NCBI GenBank assembly: GCA_965207615.1
Contig: CBDBMZ010000003.1
Span: 139,854-203,853 of the forward strand
Source of the DNA: Vicinamibacterales bacterium
GTDB taxonomy: Bacteria > Acidobacteriota > Vicinamibacteria > Vicinamibacterales > UBA8438
Reading direction: 5' to 3'
DNA: 64,000 nt
Part shown: one piece after another, positions 26,369 through 35,550 of the stretch
How positions within the stretch are numbered: position 1 is the stretch's first letter
Layout: each line of letters begins with the position of its first letter
Notes under the pieces: model-generated
The model's database searches: none
What the model saw: only the letters and a program-made list of their open reading frames with translations
Told to the model about the DNA's origin: nothing
Translations under genes and position numbers: made by a program

Positions 26369-26520
26369 TTACACCGCGACAGGGGCGAAGAGCGTGTCGA
26401 AGGTGCCGGTGCTGTCGCCGAACTGGGTCGAGCTCCACCCCCATCCGGTCGAGCAGGGTGGAGCGCAGGTTGGCCAGCGGCTTGTCGGTCTTCGTAGCCG
26501 ATGTGGCGGCCGCGGCCAGC
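26369..26520 (-). pseudogene. C-terminal fragment of a DUF1552-family protein, frameshifted
   Basis: ..KTDKPLANLRSTLLDRMGV.. in one frame and ..QFGDSTGTFDTLFAPVAV* in the next. Together they match the conserved DUF1552 C-terminus (..ANL..LL..MGV....FGDSTG..L). Confidence 0.55.
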
Positions 26521-26814
26521 TCAGCAGGCCGTCCACCACGACGAGCGCTCGATGCCGGCCCTCGCCGACCGGAGGTCCTGCGCCAGCGCGGCCGCCTGAC
26601 GGCCGGGGAGCGGTCGGGCCCTCTTCGCGATGGAGGACTCCCTCTATGGCTGCTACCTGCGCGTGGGCGATCCCGGGCCGTGGGCGGGCGGGTCCTTGGG
26701 CGGGCGTCGCCCGCCTCGAGATGCCGTCAGGCATCGGCCGCGCCGGCGCGGTCGATGCGGCCGACCAGGCCGCGGGCTGGCTGCCGGGCTTCGCGTCGGC
26801 GCTGCACCGGGACG

Positions 26815-26899
26815 CGCGGGCCCCGGTGAACCTGACGCCGATCGCGGGTCTCGAACAGCACCTGCATCGCCGCCAAGGCGCCGCGCGCCTCGCGTTGCG
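26815..26899 (+). repeat. 85-bp direct repeat, copy 2
   Basis: See copy 1. Confidence 0.85.
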
Positions 26900-27069
26900 C
26901 GCGGCGCCCAGGGGTTCACCATTGCGTCGACCTGCTCGGGTGCGGGGGCGTCTCGCGGTTCTGCTCGGCCGCGACCGCCGCGGTCATGGCCTCGCGGTCC
27001 TCAACGGCGGCCGGGGACGCAGGCGCCGTCGCATCCCCGGCCGCCCCCGTCGGGCGGCCCGCCGCCGGA

Positions 27070-28149
27070 TCAGGCGCTGTCGGCCGCGAGCGCACCGCGC
27101 AGGGCGTCCAGCTTCGCCGCGTTGAACCGTTGCGCGATCTTCGTGTCGGCGGCCAGACCGTCGAACCCGTGGAAGGCGCCGGGAACCACCAGGAGCTGCG
27201 TCGGCACGCCCGCCTCGATCAGCCGCCGCGCGTACTCGATGTCCTCAAGGACGAACAGGTCGATCCCGCCCACGCCGATGAACGCGGGCGGCAGGCCTTC
27301 CACGCTGGCGACGCGGGCCGGCACACCGGCGCTCGGCACCGACGCGCCGCCCGCCTCCTGGCCGAGGAAGGCGCTCCAGCCGAACCGGTTCGCGGTGGCG
27401 TTCCACGTGATGCGGCCCATCTGCGGCGGCACCTCGCGCGTGCTCCCGGTCCGATCGTCCAGCATCGGATAGACGAGGAGCTGGAACGCCAGCGGCACCT
27501 CGCCCCGGTCGCGGGCCGCGATGGCCAGGAGGGCGGCATGCCCGCCGCCGGCGCTCTCGCCCATCACGGCCAGACGGTCGGGATCCACGCCCACCTCGTC
27601 CGCGTGCTGGTAGAGCCACAGCAGACTGGCATAGTTGTCCTCGACGGACCCCGCGTAGGTCGTCTCCGGCGCCAGCCGGTACTCGACGGTGACGACGCCG
27701 CAATCGAGCGCCGCGGCAACCTCCTGGAGAGGACGCACGCTCGCAGAGGCCGACCCGGCGACGTAGCCGCCGCCGTGCGCGTGGAGGATGCCGGGCCGGC
27801 TCGCGCCGGGCTTCGCGTTGATGATGTAAACCTCGACGTCCGGCTCACCGGCCGAACCTGGGACGGTCCGCCTCTCGACCGGCGGAGCCTCCAGGGGCGG
27901 CGGCGTCAAGGCATCCGCCGCTCCCCGCATCGTCGGCAGCGTGTCCGCCGTAATCGCGGACAGCGCCTGGCCCAACGGCTGCGCCTGGCGCGCGGCGGCG
28001 CGCAGCTCGGGGTGGACGAACGAAAGCGGGTCCGCGTCGGACGAGGCCTGCGGCAACGCCGCCAGCGCGGAGCGGGCGCTGGAAAGAGCCAGGAGTCCCG
28101 GCATTGTCATCCCCGCGAGCATGAGCTCACGGCGTGTCAGTTCGGTCAT
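27070..28149 (-). CDS. Tat-exported alpha/beta hydrolase, HSL-type esterase/lipase
   Basis: AAGGAGA RBS. Twin-arginine signal MTELTRRELMLAG. Oxyanion HGGG (LHAHGGGY), nucleophile elbow GESAGG, and C-terminal ..PGAFHGFD. Confidence 0.85.
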   Translation of the reverse strand: MTELTRRELMLAGMTMPGLLALSSARSALAALPQASSDADPLSFVHPELRAAARQAQPLGQALSAITADTLPTMRGAADALTPPPLEAPPVERRTVPGSAGEPDVEVYIINAKPGASRPGILHAHGGGYVAGSASASVRPLQEVAAALDCGVVTVEYRLAPETTYAGSVEDNYASLLWLYQHADEVGVDPDRLAVMGESAGGGHAALLAIAARDRGEVPLAFQLLVYPMLDDRTGSTREVPPQMGRITWNATANRFGWSAFLGQEAGGASVPSAGVPARVASVEGLPPAFIGVGGIDLFVLEDIEYARRLIEAGVPTQLLVVPGAFHGFDGLAADTKIAQRFNAAKLDALRGALAADSA

Positions 28150-28334
28150 TGCGTTCTCCTTAGTCCCTGTCGGGCGTCGGCGGCTTGCGCGGCCGCCCGC
28201 CTGTTGATCCACGACGAACCCGGCCGCAACGATAGATTGTAGGCTATGCTGACCGTGTTCTTGTTCGGGGGATGTCCCGCTGGCGGTTGGATTTCGCGGG
28301 TGACGGACTCCGTACCTGACGAGTTAAACTGTTC

Positions 28335-28720
28335 GACGTCGCGGTGTTGTTTACCTGCGGGACGCGTTCCGCGTCGGCGACGTCTGGCTGGCGTGGTCGC
28401 GCCGCTACGGCGACATCCCAAAGGCGCTGCTGTCGGCTCCCGGCTTCGCTGATGCCAACCGCAGCCTGCCGGTCCCGGCCAGTCTGCACGACTGGCTCGC
28501 CGAGCGCCGGTCCGCCCTCGACGAGGGCTTGCGCCGGCTGGCCGTTGCGGCGTGGGCCGGTGCGTTCGCCGGCGGGGGAGCATCGAAGACAGCGTGCTTC
28601 GCGTCGAGAGGACGGAAGCCGCCGTGCCGGACGCGGCCGCTGACACCCGGCCGCCGACCTCTACCGGCGGCTGCCCGAGGCGCGGATCACGGACATCCTC
28701 CTCGAGGTGGACGACGCCGA
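28335..28720 (+). pseudogene. Tn3-family transposase fragment (region around aa ~520-650 of TnpA), at least 2 frameshifts
   Basis: ..YLRDAFRVGDVWLAWSRRYGDIPKALLSAPGF..SLHDWLAERRSALDEGLRRL.. then IEDSVLRVERTEAAVPDAA then LYRRLPEARITDILLEVDD. Tn21 TnpA reads ..[74 protein letters not shown]. Confidence 0.7.
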
Positions 28721-29233
28721 TCGAACGTTGAGGCGGCGCGGCGACTGCACCGGCTGCTGCGCGAACGGCTCGCGCCTCTCCGCTGACCTCGGCCCGAAAT
28801 CGATCCGGGACGGGTACTCGTACGCGCCGCCGAGGGTGAAGTCAGCGGCTGCCGGTATCAGGGCCGCGAGAAGGCCTATCCGAATGCTCCCTTCCGGATC
28901 CTCCTCTCCGGGGAACTGGGGGTAGACGCCGTAGCCGAGGAAGAACGCGGCCACCAGATCCAACCACATCCACTTGCTCAGGCTGTTCCCCAGCTGCCTG
29001 TACTCCGAGTTGCCCTGTTGATCGACGACGCGAACCTGGGGACTCGCGGCGCGGCGAGTCATGACGAACTCGGTCGGCGTGGTGCCGGCCGGCTCGCCGG
29101 CGACGAAGACCTCGGCGCCCGGCGGCTCCGACAGCACCTGGATGCGTTGCGAGGTGCCATTGATCATGGTCGCGCAGCCCGCCATCGACAGCATGGCGCT
29201 GGCGACCCCGATGAAATGCAGGCTCTTCAACAC
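28661..29233 (-). CDS. PEGA-domain lipoprotein; the 3' end runs into the Tn3 fragment and is probably not native
   Basis: Lipobox LSMAGC. PEGA-like IQVLSEPPGAEVFVAGEPAGTTPTEF. The last ~40 codons overlap the tnpA relic and are Arg/Ser-rich. Confidence 0.6.
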   Translation of the reverse strand: MLKSLHFIGVASAMLSMAGCATMINGTSQRIQVLSEPPGAEVFVAGEPAGTTPTEFVMTRRAASPQVRVVDQQGNSEYRQLGNSLSKWMWLDLVAAFFLGYGVYPQFPGEEDPEGSIRIGLLAALIPAAADFTLGGAYEYPSRIDFGPRSAERREPFAQQPVQSPRRLNVRSASSTSRRMSVIRASGSRR

Positions 29234-29690
29234 GGGTCTGCTCCTCTACCGGATGCGCATGGCGAGCCCGTTCCGCTGGAAGCCGGGCTCGATAGCGGTG
29301 AAGGAGAACACGTTCGACACGCGGCCGTCGACGTCCGCCCGAAATGCGATCGGCGTGTCCGGGGTCAGCCCTCGGATGACGAACACGCCGTTCCATCCGG
29401 TGGCCTGGAATCGCCATCCAGGGCTCTGAGGGCCCCAGCGGTCGGGAACCAGGCCGCGCTACCGCGCCGCCGCCGCGGTCGCCGGTCAGCACCGGGGCGA
29501 GGGAAGTCGCCGCTCGTCGCTGCCGCCGTGCCTCCTCCAGATCCCGCCACCCCAGACCCACAATCCCAACCAGGGGGGCGCCGGCGACGAACCCGGCGAG
29601 GACCGCCGTTCGGCGCCCCACACGAGCGTGATGGAGACGAACAGCGATTGAGAACGTGGCGACATTTTCCTGTCGGCCCGGCGGGCTCCG

Positions 29691-30263
29691 TCACCACGAG
29701 ACCGACAGGGCGGCCCCGGCATGCTCCCTCGACACCAGCGGCCTGAGCACTGCACGCCGCTTCCCTGTCGAGGCCCGGTAGAGATCCGTCATCCTCATGT
29801 GGCGACCGTCAATGCTGGCGCCGATCAAGCCCCCTGCTGTGCCGACCGCGCCCGTGAGCAGCGCAAACCCGGCAAGTCCGGCTCCGCCCCCACTCGGCAG
29901 TTCTCCCTCGTGGTGCGCTATCAGCACGAACATCACCAACAGCGGCGCCGCACCCACCGCGAACCCTATGGCGAAGCCGTCCCGTGTGGGATCCTCCCAG
30001 TGCTGGCGGATGCGCAGGACGCGGGACTCGTCGAGCTCGACCCGGCGCCCGCTGACGACCACGCTCAGTGAGGACCCCGAGACGTCGAGGGCCCGGCCCA
30101 TGACCACCTCCTCCTCGGGGCCGTGCGTGACCACGACGTCTTTCCCGAGTTCGATCAGCTCCGCGAGTTCGCGGAACGAGTCGGCGGGCTGCGCTCCCGC
30201 CGAGCCCGCCAACAATGCAAGCAGAATCCACGCGCCCGATCTCACCGCACTCATGGGGTGCAC
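29691..30263 (-). CDS. Secreted/membrane hypothetical protein
   Basis: Signal peptide SGAWILLALLAGSAGAQP, two Gly/Ala-rich hydrophobic segments, GGAGG-like RBS. No motif I recognise. Confidence 0.5.
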   Translation of the reverse strand: MHPMSAVRSGAWILLALLAGSAGAQPADSFRELAELIELGKDVVVTHGPEEEVVMGRALDVSGSSLSVVVSGRRVELDESRVLRIRQHWEDPTRDGFAIGFAVGAAPLLVMFVLIAHHEGELPSGGGAGLAGFALLTGAVGTAGGLIGASIDGRHMRMTDLYRASTGKRRAVLRPLVSREHAGAALSVSW

Positions 30264-30877
30264 CTCCTATCCCCGGAGTGCGCGAACGACGAGCGAGACG
30301 GCTCAAGATCGGGTCGCTCAGCCCCCGAACCCGATGATGACGCGGGCGGACCGCGTGAACCCGCTCACATACGTGCGGTTCAGGATGAAGAGCAGGTCGG
30401 CCGCCACGCGGACCACGACCGTGCCTGTCCTCAGCCGTGATCGCCGGCCGGCCGCCGGTAGCCGGCGAGGACGCGCCGTCCCCCCCAAGCCCATCACGGT
30501 TGTGTGGCCGACGCTCGACGAGGTAAGGCGGCGACGGCGCTCTCCTCGAGCGGCCGGGTCGTCGAGCCAGGCGTCGACGCGGTTCGCGGCGGGTTGTGAT
30601 GGCGGGCCCGAGCTCGCGGTCCGGCGTGATCAAGACGATGAGACCAGGCTGGCTAGTAGCCTAGACGGCCCCTCTCCCCGACGAAGCACCGTCATGCGTG
30701 CGCTGTCACGGGCAACCGTGACAATCACCGAATACCAGCGTGACTCGTCGTCGAAGCGCCCTCGATCGTTCGTCGTCTCGGCGGCCCGCTCTCGGGCTGA
30801 CGCCGGTGGCGCCCGCCGACGCCGCCAACGGCGTCAACCCGCTCGGGGCATTGACGAACGTCGGGGTGTTGACAACA

Positions 30878-31064
30878 GGTCATTCCATAACAGCGCTAGC
30901 CCGGCGGCTACAGCCGTGTGCGGGACTACGTCCGGGCGGTTCGTCCCCGCGAGGCGCCCGAACCGGTGGTGCCGTTCGAGACGCCGGGGGGGCGTCAGGG
31001 CCAGGTTGACTTCGCGACGCTCACCCTGCCGTGCGGCCGCCGGCCCGCCCTGGTGGCCGGTTAG
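30878..31064 (+). pseudogene. IS21-family IstA transposase N-terminal fragment, frameshifted and truncated
   Basis: GHSITALARRL.. (HTH) then, in another frame, VRDYVRAVRPREAPEPVVPFETPGGRQGQVDFATLTL... IS21 IstA reads ..TVRRYL......VRFETQPGYQLQHDWGE... Confidence 0.6.
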
Positions 31065-31280
31065 GGTTAGGCCGGAAGCAAGCTTCCGGCCGCAACAAGG
31101 CGGCGGCCCGTTAGCTGAGTGGAAGGTCTTGCGAACGAGGAAACGCTCATATAGGGCACAGGCGGGGGGCGGTGTCGGAGATGCAATCGACCCCTCATGT
31201 GAACCTGGACCCCTTGCCCGTCGCCCCCGTCCACCCGGCCGCCTGTCGAAGACAGGCGGCCGGGACGGATGAATTTCGCG

Positions 31281-31830
31281 CTATGCACTCGACCGAAAGC
31301 CGTGAACGTCCGCATCCGTACCCGTCGCTCTCCGTAGCGCCTTGATCAAGGTGTCGCCGTTGAGCAGCCGCCCGCCCACGCCAGGGAAGATCAACGAATC
31401 GGCCGCGCCGTCAGAATGCGCTCTCATGCCCTCGAGAACGGCCACAGCCGCATCCGACAACGGCACCCGGTGTTCCCGCCCCGGCCTTCATCCGTGATGC
31501 CGGTACGCGCCACTCCCGTGCCTCGAGGTCGACCTCGCCCCACATCGCCCCGCGCGCCTCGCCGGACCGTACGGCCGTCAGCAGCAGCGACTCGAACGCC
31601 AGCTTGACCGCCGGCGCCGTCGACTGCACGACTCTGAAGCCGTGCACCACGCCCGGCAAGCAGCAGATCGGCGATGTCGATCGGTTGCGTGCGGAACGGC
31701 TTCGCGGCCTCGACCGTTGCGTGAGCGCCCCGGAGATCGAAACCGGCGGCCTTGCCGGCGTTCGTAATCGCGTTGACCACCGAGACGCAGACCTGCCGGC
31801 GGACCGAACGCAGGCCGCGCGGCTCGCGGC
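31281..31830 (-). pseudogene. P4-type tyrosine integrase remnant: N- and C-terminally truncated, at least 2 frameshifts
   Basis: ..RRQVCVSVVNAITNAGKAAGFDLRG.. / ..VKLAFESLLLTAVRSGEARGAMWGEVDLEAREWRVPASRMKAG.. / ..VPLSDAAVAVLE..LIFPG..HGFRSSA*. It stops before the catalytic ..AYRR.. Tyr block, which is present in the intact copy at 41410-42552. Confidence 0.8.
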
Positions 31831-31839
31831 GGAAGCCGG

Positions 31840-32652
31840 CTATCGTCCCGGTTCGCCAGCCGCCGGGTCAAGCCGGGCGCAGGCCTCATCCATGTGCCGT
31901 TGCGTGCGCGACACCGAACGACTGTCGGGATAGAGATCGGCTGGAAGCGGCATGTCGCAACGCAGAAAGGCGAGCAACTCTTCGGATCGCTGCAGGAGGG
32001 TCTCGACGCCGTCGAGGAGGTAAGGCGGTTCGTCGAGACACCGGACGGCGAACCGCGGATCGATGCGCAGGGTGCCGGCCACGCGCGGCCCGGCGGAATC
32101 GTCGACATCGTCGACCAGGACGACGTTGTCGTCGTGCAGAGAGACGGGGTGCTCCTGCACGTAGACGGTTGCACTCTCCGGTTCGAACCGGAGCTCCAAG
32201 CGCACTCTCCCCTGGTGAATACTGACCGACGAGCCGAGGCGACCGCCAGCCGGCACGCCGCCCGCCGCCGGACGTGACGCGTCCCGGCCGGGCCGTGGGT
32301 AGAAGGCGCCGCTGTCGAAGGACACCGATGAGCCACCGCCGGGGCCCGGCTCGAGAAACCACCCCGGGGTCCCGCGCCAGAGAACGAGCACCTCCAGCAT
32401 CGCGGAAGACTCCCGGTTCTCCCCGCCCGCAGGGGCCACCTGCGGAGGCGACGCTACCGGTGAGCGCAACGGCTCCAGGCCGGCCGAGCAGTTGACCGGC
32501 TCGTGCTGTTGAGCGAACCAGCTGGCCCCGACCGACGGCGAGAGCTGACGCCATGCGGTGTCCGCGAACGCCGCCGGTCGGTTGGGCGGTGACGAACAGC
32601 CCGGAGCTGCCAGGAGGAACGCGGCAATGAAGACGGCCTCGGCGACCCGCAT
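31840..32652 (-). CDS. Hypothetical lipoprotein
   Basis: Taking the Met at 32652, MRVAEAVFIAAFLLAAPGCSS gives a lipobox. The rest is beta-rich with no motif I recognise. Confidence 0.45.
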   Translation of the reverse strand: MRVAEAVFIAAFLLAAPGCSSPPNRPAAFADTAWRQLSPSVGASWFAQQHEPVNCSAGLEPLRSPVASPPQVAPAGGENRESSAMLEVLVLWRGTPGWFLEPGPGGGSSVSFDSGAFYPRPGRDASRPAAGGVPAGGRLGSSVSIHQGRVRLELRFEPESATVYVQEHPVSLHDDNVVLVDDVDDSAGPRVAGTLRIDPRFAVRCLDEPPYLLDGVETLLQRSEELLAFLRCDMPLPADLYPDSRSVSRTQRHMDEACARLDPAAGEPGR

Positions 32653-33281
32653 CCAAGACCTCACCGCCTCGAACAGGCAGGGCATCCCCTCAACGAGTCG
32701 GCGGCGAGCTTCTGGCGCGCCGACGGTCTGCTCTCTCGTCATGAGTGGTCTTCGCTCCGCTGTGTCTTGCCGCGCCACCACCAGGCGACTCGGTGCCGCC
32801 GGCAACAGAATCCAAGGAACCATCGCAGGTGTCTCCGGACCGTACCGCACCGCCGCTGGCTCACAGCCCGGCTCAAGCTATCGCGCCCAAAAATCTGGCG
32901 ACATGACCGTACCACATCGTAGCGGCGCGGACCGAACCGGTCCCTCGGAGTCCGTCCGTGCCAGCCCCGCGGATGAAGGCGAAGCGCGAGCACCGGGTTC
33001 CACTCTGCCCGTGTCGACGCGCCCAACGTCGACGCCGCCGCGAGGCTCGCACTGTTCTTGTCACATCGACAGCCGGCCGTCCCCGCCTCCGGCCGGGACC
33101 TCCTTCGAGCCCGTCGTGATCACGCCGCCGCCCTGCGACCCGAGCGTGCCTCACCACGACCTCGACGACGAGGCCCAGATGCTGCCGGACTAGATTCCTT
33201 GAACAAGCGTGATCTTTACAGTTGAGTCAAGTTCGGGGCGGCCTCCATTTCGACAGCTTGGTTTTCTCGGTGATCGACGGT

Positions 33282-34883
33282 TTACGCGGCGAGGGCCTGT
33301 CCGTGCCAGGCGCGGTGGACCTCGCGATCGTAGATGGCCAGGGCTTCATGTAGCCGCGTGGTCGATTCCCCGTCGAGGGTCGCCGACAGGACGGGGCCCA
33401 GGACCCTCGCCTGCGTACGGTGGTAGGCGAGGGCGACGCACAGCCCTTTGGCGGTGAGCCGATAGCGCTGGGTGCGGGGGACCCGTTCGATGATGCCCCG
33501 CAGCCGGAGCCGGCGCAGGTCGTAGGTCATGCGGCCCGCGCCGTAGTCGTCGGGTGAGAGCCCGCAGAGCCCCGCCACCGTCTCGCGCAACTCCCGGTTG
33601 CGGAAGCCCTGCGGCAGCAGGTCGAAGCGCAGCAGGGCCGCGAAGAGGCTCTGCACCCGCGGGTCGCCGAAGCGGAGCGCCGAGGCGCGTTGGCCGTCGA
33701 TGCACATCGGACGGTGCAGCTCGTCGAGCACGTCGGCCCCGAGGGTGCAGTCGTGGCTGAGGCGTTGGACGCCGAGCAGGCGTCGGTTGGCGGCGAAGCC
33801 GATCTTCTTCAGATCATCGAGGTTCCTCAGCCGGCGACCGACATCGAAGTCGTACGTGTCGTTGATGACCGTCTCGGTGCGCAGCGCGCGCCCTTCCTTG
33901 TGGTACTGCTTGATCCGCGAGTGCTTGTAGTCGACGTGCAGCGACGGGATGACCCCGTCGGTGATGACGCGGGTGCGATACCGCGAGGGGGTGCGCCGGC
34001 TGACGCGCCGGTCGAAGATCAACTGCACGTGGTCGGGTCGACCCATGTCGAGGTTCTCGCGCACCACCTCCTCGAAGAAGACCCGCCCCTGCGCGGGCCG
34101 GTCGAAGACCTGGGTCAGAGCGAACTCGGCCTGGAGAATCGAGATGTCGTAGCGGATGCCCTGCTGGCGGTCGGAGACCGTGAAGGGGTGGGGCAGGCGG
34201 GCCAGCCACTTGCGCAGCAGCGCGTCGACCTTCTTCGCCGTCAACCCGTCGGCCAGCCGCTGCAGGCGTTCGGGGTCCGAGCAGCGCAGGATTCCGTTGT
34301 CGAGCGACTGGTACGCGATGCCCCGCTTCGTCAGCTGCCGCTTCAGGTACTCGTGCCCGTTGATGCACAGCTTGGCGTTGTAGGGGAAGTACGAGCAGAA
34401 CTTCAGGAAGAACGGACCGAAGTCGTCGTCCACGGCGTAGAAGTAGAACTGGTTGACCATCGCCGTCGAGGTGGCCAGCCACGGGTAGGTGTCGCCGGTG
34501 GCGGGGTCGTGGCGGCGCTCGGTGCGCACCACCCGAGCCTTCTCCTGGGCCTTGCCGATGTAGAGGACGCCTTCGACGCCCGGCCAATCGCGGAGGTACT
34601 GCCGGGTCCGGTCGTCCTTGCGCTCGCCGCGGCGGAACGTCACGATCTCGATCCCGTTGCGGGCAGCGAAGCTCTTGATGGCGTCGACGAAGCGCTGGGT
34701 CATCGGGGCCATCAGGGCCGAGGACGGCACGGCTGCACCCCGCATCTTGCGGAAGAAGTACGCCGCACCGGCGGCCCTCTGGAGCAGGGGCACGTAGACG
34801 TTGAGGTACATCCGGTCGATGCACTCCAGGGTCAGCGTCGTGTGCTCTGCCAACACCTCGGCGACGGAACGTGCTACCTTCAT
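33282..34883 (-). CDS. Conserved 533-aa MGE-like singleton; possibly an unclassified transposase-like protein
   Basis: Clean 1.6-kb ORF. I recall N-terminal ..LECIDRMYLNVYVPLLQ.., mid ..FFLKFCSYFPYNAKLCINGHEY.., and C-terminal ..MTYDLRRLRLRGIIERVPRTQRYRLTAKG.. blocks from orphan genes in high-GC bacteria. I cannot name the family. Confidence 0.6.
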   Translation of the reverse strand: MKVARSVAEVLAEHTTLTLECIDRMYLNVYVPLLQRAAGAAYFFRKMRGAAVPSSALMAPMTQRFVDAIKSFAARNGIEIVTFRRGERKDDRTRQYLRDWPGVEGVLYIGKAQEKARVVRTERRHDPATGDTYPWLATSTAMVNQFYFYAVDDDFGPFFLKFCSYFPYNAKLCINGHEYLKRQLTKRGIAYQSLDNGILRCSDPERLQRLADGLTAKKVDALLRKWLARLPHPFTVSDRQQGIRYDISILQAEFALTQVFDRPAQGRVFFEEVVRENLDMGRPDHVQLIFDRRVSRRTPSRYRTRVITDGVIPSLHVDYKHSRIKQYHKEGRALRTETVINDTYDFDVGRRLRNLDDLKKIGFAANRRLLGVQRLSHDCTLGADVLDELHRPMCIDGQRASALRFGDPRVQSLFAALLRFDLLPQGFRNRELRETVAGLCGLSPDDYGAGRMTYDLRRLRLRGIIERVPRTQRYRLTAKGLCVALAYHRTQARVLGPVLSATLDGESTTRLHEALAIYDREVHRAWHGQALAA

Positions 34884-35217
34884 GGCCGGACTCCGGTCGA
34901 TGGGCTCCTCACCGGCCAGTCTACGGCCACCATCGCCCTTGTGCGACCATGAACGCGGCTTTCGGGCCGCAGCTGGAGCAGCGGCCGGGGTCCATCTTCA
35001 CCGTCGGAAGCTGCCCAGCCCTACATGCTCGTCGGTCTGAGGCGGAGCCTCGCTAGTACTTAGTAGACCAAGCCCGCCTCGGCGGGCGGGATCGTACACC
35101 GCAGGACACTTCCGCCAGCCGCGCCCGTACCAGCCGCGCCAGCCCAAGATATCGAGAGCCCGGATCGGGATACAATGTGCGCAAAGCGCGACCGGTTCAC
35201 GCATCGCCAAGGAGGGA

Positions 35218-35550
35218 ATGTTGGCAAGAGTCAAGAAGCTCACCGTGGCCATGACGAAGACGCAGCTGTTTTCGGATATCGCGGAGAACACGGCGTTGAC
35301 GAGGCGGCAGGTCGCGGATGTCTTCGAGGCGCTGGAATCGGTCATCGAGCGCCATGTCCGGAAAGGGGCCGTCGGCGTTTGCACGATACCCGGCCTGATG
35401 AAGATCAGGGTCGTGAAGAAGCCCGCGCAAAGGGCCCGGAAGAACGTGCCGAATCCGTTCCGGCCAGGTGAGACGATGGACGTGAAGGCCAAGCCGGCAA
35501 GCAACTCCGTGAAGGTCCAGCCGCTCAAGAAGCTGAAAGATATGGCGTAG
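35218..35550 (+). CDS. HU/IHF-family DNA-binding protein
   Basis: MTKTQLFSDIAENTALTRRQVADVFEALESVI..IPGLMKIRVVKKPAQRARKNVPNPFRPGETMDVKAKPASNSVKV is the HU fold signature. The canonical start would be the ATG at 35251. Confidence 0.8.
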   Translation: MLARVKKLTVAMTKTQLFSDIAENTALTRRQVADVFEALESVIERHVRKGAVGVCTIPGLMKIRVVKKPAQRARKNVPNPFRPGETMDVKAKPASNSVKVQPLKKLKDMA

